Source of the DNA: Takakia lepidozioides
Taxonomy: Eukaryota > Plantae > Bryophyta
DNA: 64,000 bases
Reading direction: 5' to 3'
Assembly (NCBI GenBank): GCA_030704615.1
Contig: CM060732.1
Coordinates: forward strand, 37,386,001 to 37,450,000
The notes beneath the pieces are model-generated. The model saw only the letters and a program-made list of their open reading frames with translations. It had not been told where the DNA came from and did no database searches. Position 1 is the first letter of the stretch; every line of letters starts with the position of its first letter. The position numbers and the translations under genes were made by a program. Below, one piece after another: positions 57,197-64,000 of this stretch.

Positions 57197-58884
57197 ATGA
57201 AAGTGCTGGTGGTGTGTGTTAATTTGGATGGGATGATGAGGAAACATCGACCCGTTTCCCTCGAGGATGGGGAGGTAGTACCACATATCGATTGTGGCCC
57301 TAGAGCGACTGTTTTTCGTGGCGATGAGCCACCCATTGCACCTGATCCAATACAGGCTGCCAGGCACAATCGTAGAAGGGACCGGGGCCAAATTTCAAGT
57401 GATGTAGAGGATGTTGATACTCCGGGATCGAGTCGGGCGCGCCGTGGGTTGCCCCTTTGCGGGCCACCCCGTCCACCTTTGACCCCCCCGCTACAGGATT
57501 GAGTGTTGGACCTTGGTGCACTAAGTGTTGGGAACGGATACCGCTGGGCGGCACCAAACCACCGAGGCGGCGACCGCATGTTGTCGAAAAACATTACAAG
57601 AAGAACAAGATTGCGGATGTGACAAAGGTGAGTGTTTTTCCCACCCCTCTCATTAACATTCATTTTAAGGTACATTTAGGTTTATCTAATAATATAGTAT
57701 GATTGGTAAGCATACATGAATCCTAATTACGACATAAGTATTGATGCGTCGTTCATTACGCATAATGCAGCCACGACTTGATACCCAAGCTCGCAATCAC
57801 ATTGCACAGGAGGCATTTTGCGTCGGTCTACTTGCAGAATTTGTGCCAGAGCATGTGCCCGATGTGACCAGTTGGTTCCCCCAGCAGCACGTAAGTGAGA
57901 TGCGTAGGGTCCAGGGGTATCGTAGGTGTTGTAGGCGTTATAGCCGGCGACGAGCAGATCCACCCCCCCTGCAGTTTCCTTAGGCGGTCCCCCTGATTGT
58001 GCCCCCCCCCCGGTCTATTTCTTTGCCTGATCCACCTCCGGTAGTACCTAATCCGGACGTTGTATCCCTGGCTGCACCTCCGACATTACATCCTCAACCA
58101 CCTCCACTTTCACCTCCACGTGCATGTGCCCCCCGAACCCCTAGGATGGGTCGGCTTTGCCCTAGGTTTCCTCCCTTTCGGCTTGGGCGGCCTGAGCCGG
58201 ATCCTCGCCCCAGCGCATAGGACTATGTTACTGAGGACCGTCCAGCCTCGTTGTTGGGGGAATCATCTCGACCCTCCCACCTCCATCCGAGAAAATGTGG
58301 AGTTCGAGTATTGGGGGAGACGGTATGTTGTGAGAGCCGCTACAGACCCTGCTATGGGTCGGGGTTTATTCACGGTCAATGATATTGTGGTTCCTCCTCG
58401 GAGAAACAGCATGGTGGACTTGTTTCCCTATTACGGTCCATACTACACCTCCGCGGAGTTCCGTACATTACGCCTCGAAGCCCCATACATCCTACCCTAC
58501 ATTTTGTGTGTCAACGGACAGGATGTACGTAGACGGGGGTTGTCTCCCATTGAGATCAGATTTTGTGATAATGACCCCAACATCTTCGGCAATGTTGTTG
58601 GGCTGGTCAACAGTTCTTTTGGTCATCCTAGGAGAACCAATGTAGTATAGGATGAACGAAGCGATGGGCATGAGAGCTTTTGTGGTCATACGTCAGTATA
58701 CTGTGAGGGGATGCACATGTTTGTGATTACATGTGCTAGTAGGACTATTAGGGCTGGCATCGAACTATTTGCATCATACGAGTTCTCCCGGGATGATTGG
58801 GACCTCCGATTACAGTGTGAGTGGGATGTGTATGATAGAAATAGGGTTCCTTTGAGACAGGGATCGCGTAGAGGGACATTATAG
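57197..58884 (+). pseudogene. transposon accessory gene: Cys/His motif, Pro-rich linker and SET domain
   Basis: WCTKC..HVVEKH exon ending at a GTGAGT donor (57628); MGRGLFTVNDI..FPYYG..GNVVGLVNSS..NVV*..ASRTIRAGIELFASY; internal stops and frameshifts. Confidence 0.7.
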
Positions 58885-59507
58885 ATATTCTCATGATGTA
58901 CTTTGTATACATCCGATTAATCGATTGACGTAAATTTTTTTCTTGTTGCTCGTGCGGGTTGCAACTTGACATATGTGATCTAAACATACTTATGCACATG
59001 TGGACTAGATATGAGCTTGAACTAAGTTGATTCAATGGGTCATTCTAGTGTTGAACGCAGCTACGTGTCATAGAGACGAAAAATTGCGTTTCGCCTGCAG
59101 ATGATTTTTTTTTTATTCCATTTTTAAGCCATATGCTTAATGATATCATATGCAATGTGTGTGCAAAATTTGGGAGTAAATAAAAGTCATTTGGACCCAT
59201 AACCAGATTTTGTTCTCTCATTTGCACTCCAAAGCTGAATTATCTTCAATTTTATACATTCTTCATAGAAAGTTCTGCAAAAGTGACCCTAGAAATACAC
59301 TTTATTTTTTTCCATTTTTTTTTGGTCCAATTTTTTCCATGGATGTAGTGGTGCAAAGCCCGATGTCACAGAACAAAATAGAGCTAAAACTAAAATCATT
59401 ACGCCCCTCAAAACCGCAATCATACATTTTCTAAATGCAAATATTTATTTTAAATTCATTTAATTCAAAATTGGTGCAAGGGTGAGTGCGTCGTTGGGAA
59501 GGCAAAT

Positions 59508-59549
<42 letters not shown>

Positions 59550-60059
59550 TTTTAACCTGCTGGATCTTTGTACAGGTGTTGCACACATATTCAAGCACAT
59601 GTAGGAAAAAATGAAGCTTGAGCCACATCCGTTTGTTGGGTGCAATGGCATGAGAGGATTTTCTTTCACATTAATAAACAAAAAATGGTTGATAGGGTGA
59701 ATGCGTCATTGGGGGGGGGGGGGCACTGATTTTGTTTGGGTTTGAAACTTTGCATGCGTATACGTTGCGCACATACATGTAATTATTGAATGACATATTT
59801 GACACATTGAAGGTTGTTGTTTGCATTTCGCTTATAATGAAGTGTATGGTTGCAAAGACACATTATAATATATGTCCCTATGTTCATTTGTTCGTATCCC
59901 TTCCCGGTCCTTTCTCTTGGCCCCCCATCCAAAAACAACCCAAATACATCAGGCGGGAGCCTTGGACGAGACGCCGCCCCCACGGTACCGGACGATAATG
60001 ACGGTGACAATGACAATGATAGTGACAACAACAATGAGCATGGAATTAACTAGGAGGCC

Positions 60060-63000
60060 ATGGATGATCTCTTAATGCATCATGTGGGCGCTGATGCATC
60101 CCATGAAGAGGGAACCCGGCCAATCGATGATCCTAAAATGGCCCCCTCAAATGACATGGAGAGGGAGGCGAGAACTCATTTGTATGAAAGGGCGAAAGTA
60201 AGTCAACTTTCAACAATCTTACTTTTGCTCAATCTTCAAATTCGATTTGGCATAAGTAATGTTGGGATGTCTGCCATAATGTGAACTATTGCAGACTATA
60301 TCCTTGCTCCACACTTGAAACCCAAGATGCCACGGTCGCAGAAAGAGGCGCGCGAAGTCTTGGACTCTGTAGGGATGGGCTATAAGATTTTTCATGCATG
60401 TCCATGTGATAAAACCATATACTATGGAGATGATTCGCGTCTCACCAAGTGCCCAGAGTGCAAGAAAGACCGATATCGGGATGATGTCCAAGGGAAAAAA
60501 GTACCACGCAATGTATAAGCGTCATTCCCCCTCGCATGGAGATTACTTTATTTAATCTTCTCAATGCATGTAAAGTGTATTCCACAAAGTTTAGGGTTTA
60601 GAGAGTAGTACTCATGCAAGATCTGATTGTGGTTTTGGAAGGAGTGAGTGAGGAGTGGAAGGAGCGACGTTCGGTTTTGACCATTCACACCCAAATGAGG
60701 GAGAGACTGCATAAAGGGAAAGGCATAAAGGTGGTGTATTATGTGTGCTAATGGGATGATTACATGTGGGGGGCGTGGGGTATTTCATCCTAGAAAATGC
60801 ATTACTTTCCGATCATCCCGCGATTGAGGGCACAATATCGAAGCCCTGAATTGGCCAAGACTCATGAGATGGCACGCCTCGCATCGGAGCCCCTCGGGAA
60901 AGGTGTGCGGGCCACAAGATTCACAAGCATAGAGGCATATTGAAGAGATGTGGCCTTTTCTCTTGGAGGACCCACGACATGTCCACCTCGGCTTGTCCTC
61001 GGATGGGGTCAACCCATTCTCTGTCCAATCATATAGTCATTCCACTTGGCCGGTGTCCATGGTGAATTACAACATCCCTCCGTATTTTTCAATTAAAAAA
61101 TGCCATATCATGTTGGCCGCCATTGTGCCAAGTGAGTGTACTCATTTCATGTTTATTATTGCCTTAGATTTTACATTAAACTTCTGATCTCTGACTCAAT
61201 TTGGATGCAAGATTGATGAGTGACATAATCATGAAGTAAGATGTGTAATTCATTTTGTAGTATAATTTGCATATTGGTGGAGCATTGAAACAATGATGTG
61301 AATGTCTCATAGGGAAAAAACAAGTGACAAACATAGATACATACTTGCGACCTCTTGTTGATGAACTTAAGGAGCTATGGAGGGGGGTCCCGACATTGGA
61401 TGCTTTACTTGACCCTATGGCCGGACAATCTTTTCAGATGAGATGCATCTTGCTTTGGACAATTCATGATTATCTAGGTATATTATGTTCCCCATGAACA
61501 GCTCGCGTACATTCATTTGTCAATGCCGGATAATATCGATGAGAATTGGGATTGATTGAAGTAGCGGCGACAGTCTTGTGCACCGTAGTGGGGTAGATGG
61601 CATTATGGGCCATGCACATGACAATTTTTTGTTTTTGCTAATGTGGCGGGATGTGTAGTACATGACTAACTGTTTACTTGGGGCTAAGCGCCCAAGGGTA
61701 CCATGCATGCTTGCATTGTGACGATGATCTTGATGCACATAGCTCCCGCCATCTTCACAAGATGGTATTTCCCAACTACCGCAAATTTCTTCCTATGAGC
61801 CATCGATGGAGAAGAAGAGAGAAACACTTGTTTGATGGCAAAGAGGAAGTACGCCCCCCCCCTATATGACACCGTCGGGGCAGTTTTGGGATGACCGATG
61901 GAAGGAAGCCCATGCGGGCACGGACGTTGAAGTGGACGTGCCCGGCATGAAACGACTTTCAATCTTCTACGAGTTGCCATATTGGGCGGTACATATTCCA
62001 CAAAAACACCGTCAATATCCCTATGCATGCATGTGATATTGCACAATTGGTATGCGTTGCATTGTCACTTTCACGTAAATTTTTTTTGTGTAAGTCTTCG
62101 TGGGTGGGGATATATGTAGGACCTGAAAAAAACCATCTTCTAGATCCCATGCATATTGAGAAGAATGTCTACTCGTCTTTTTTTCGGGTTCTTCATGGCA
62201 CGCCGGCAAAGATTAGAGTGGCTGCAAAAGGAGATTCTCTCGGTGTTAGAAACGAGCTTGAGGAGCAGGGTCGCATGCGCCATCTCTTGGCCGAACAAAA
62301 TGGTGTGGACCCAAAGGGTGTTGTACGGTGGAAGTATAGGCGCGCATCTTGGCAATGGACAAAGGAGGAATACAAGAAAGTAATAGCCACCATAAGTGCT
62401 GTCCGAACACCAACTGGTTATGGGTCATCCCTCCGTACGAAGTTCAACAAAGAAGACGGGGTCCATGGTTTGAAGTCTCATGACTACCACAATCTATTGC
62501 AAGACATCTTGCCCATTGCAGTACGTGGGACATTGACTCCTTAGGTTCGTGAGACAATCTATAGATTGGGAGGCTTGTTTCGGTGGATTCGCTCCAAAGA
62601 GTTGGACGAAGCGGATTTTCCACGCATGAAGAAGGAGGCGGCGTAGGTAATGTGTATGTTGGAGATGCACCTTCCTCCCTCGTTCTTTGACATCCAAGTG
62701 CACTTGGTAGTGCACTTAGTGCAAGAGGCTTCGATTGCCGGCCCCGTTCATTCTCGGTGGATGTACTTCCTTGAGCGTTGTATGAAGACTTTGAAAGGAT
62801 TTGTAAGACAAATGTGCCCGGATGGTAGCATGGCGGAGGGGTATACGTTGCAAGAAGCTATGTTCTATTGCATGGAGTACATGACAAGGGTGGATGAGGA
62901 AGCCCCTCGGATGTAGAAGGAAGGGGAGGATGCACGAACCAAAGACATCGTTTTGCCCAAAAAATCGAAGAGGGTAAAATTGCCGACCTTGGTGATTGAG

Positions 63001-63800
63001 CAAGCGCATGATTTCATACTGAAGAACACCCCATCCATACATGAGTGGGAGACAAGATACAATAATCTTGTTCAGCAATGAGAGGAGGAGACGCTTGCAT
63101 GGAGGTGGAACCATCAACGGCCGGTTACTAGACGCCCACGACGAGGAGCGGGCCGCCGTAATGTTCATTTACAAAATTTGCCCATGGAATTGCAGCCTCT
63201 AAGTTCATTCCAACAGTGGCTTCAGACTTCAGTTTATGACGCCGTTGCTGAAGGAGAGGTGCTTTCAGATTTGGTGCAAGATATTGCAAGGGGCCTCTCT
63301 CAATTCGCAACCTCATACACGGCGGTTTGGGTTCACGGTCGTCATTTCCGCATTCGTGCTCTTGACATGAAGCGCAAAACAACCTTTGATTCTAGCTTGT
63401 GTGCCACATATTGGCAAGACTCCGTGTGGGGCAAGGGAGATACACGACCTGCTATGAGCAAACTTGAGTACATTGGAGAGCTTGAGAGCATACTCCAACT
63501 TCAGTATACAAGGTACCAGCCTCTTCTCTTCAAGGGAAGGTGGTTCCAGCCACATCTTATGGGCCCCTCCGCAATATTAGTGTAAGATGATTGTGGTTTC
63601 ATGCGTGTCAATGCAGATAGGCTCAATCCTACTCATCGTCCCTCCGATGAGCCTTTTTCACGGCCTTCAGACATGGAGCAAGTTTTTTTCTCCGATGACA
63701 AAACAAGGGGGGGAAATTGGAAGGTGGTTATGCATGCTCAGCCAAGAGGAAGACGTATCTATCATGGTCTCAGATCTCCATGGGGTGAGGCAATTGCGGT
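60060..63800 (+). pseudogene. CACTA Tnp2/TnpD transposase pseudogene with introns
   Basis: FHACPCDKTIY..CPEC, YFPIIPRL, LSSDGVNPF..STWPV..NYNIPP, YLRPLVDEL, DPMHIEKN, GLKSHDYH, FFDIQVHLVVHL..GPVHSRWMY..ER; multiple premature stops. Confidence 0.93.
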
Positions 63801-64000
63801 GGACGGACAGACTGGTCATAATGATGATGATGATGGAGGTACGGTAGAGGGGGTAGAAGAGGATGATGACACCCCGGACAATGCATCCCGAACCCTATAT
63901 GATGAAGCTCCAGAAGATACGGATGTTGGAGAAGGAGACGAAGACACGACCATTAACAACGAGGTGGAGGATAATTCGGAGGTGCCTTTTGAGGGCCAGG

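Larger units (their letters stand above)
56575..64000 (+). mobile_element. decayed CACTA (En/Spm) DNA transposon, extends beyond window
   Basis: Clustered GCGAC/GTCGC direct and inverted subterminal-like repeats at 56575-56795; Tnp2-type transposase downstream. Terminal CACTA not found. Confidence 0.75.

Overview
Eukaryotic land-plant genomic DNA (spliceosomal introns, TTTAGGG telomere-type repeats, plant-type transposons). It contains three host genes: a NAK/AAK1-family Ser/Thr kinase (minus strand, 4294 to about 628, 3' end uncertain), an LRR receptor-like pseudokinase (plus, 11346-17403) whose 3' end is duplicated in inverted orientation, and a PfkB-family kinase (plus, 46719-51284). A nested retroelement block spans about 24.7-46.2 kb: a chromovirus remnant, a near-intact young chromovirus, an internally deleted Athila/Tat-like element and an L1-type LINE. 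A decayed CACTA element with a SET-domain accessory gene runs from 56.6 kb to the window end. The standout is a family of non-coding ~1.15-1.19 kb repeat units at two loci (22.5-24.75 kb and 52.8-56.2 kb). Each complete unit carries a TATA box, a minimal type I hammerhead ribozyme 47-50 nt downstream, and a CCCTAAA telomeric motif, with extra telomeric repeats at several insertion junctions. A diverged relative leads into a Penelope-like ORF remnant. I infer a telomere-primed, ribozyme-processed, possibly circular-RNA non-autonomous Penelope-like/retrozyme-type system. All calls are by eye; no searches were run.
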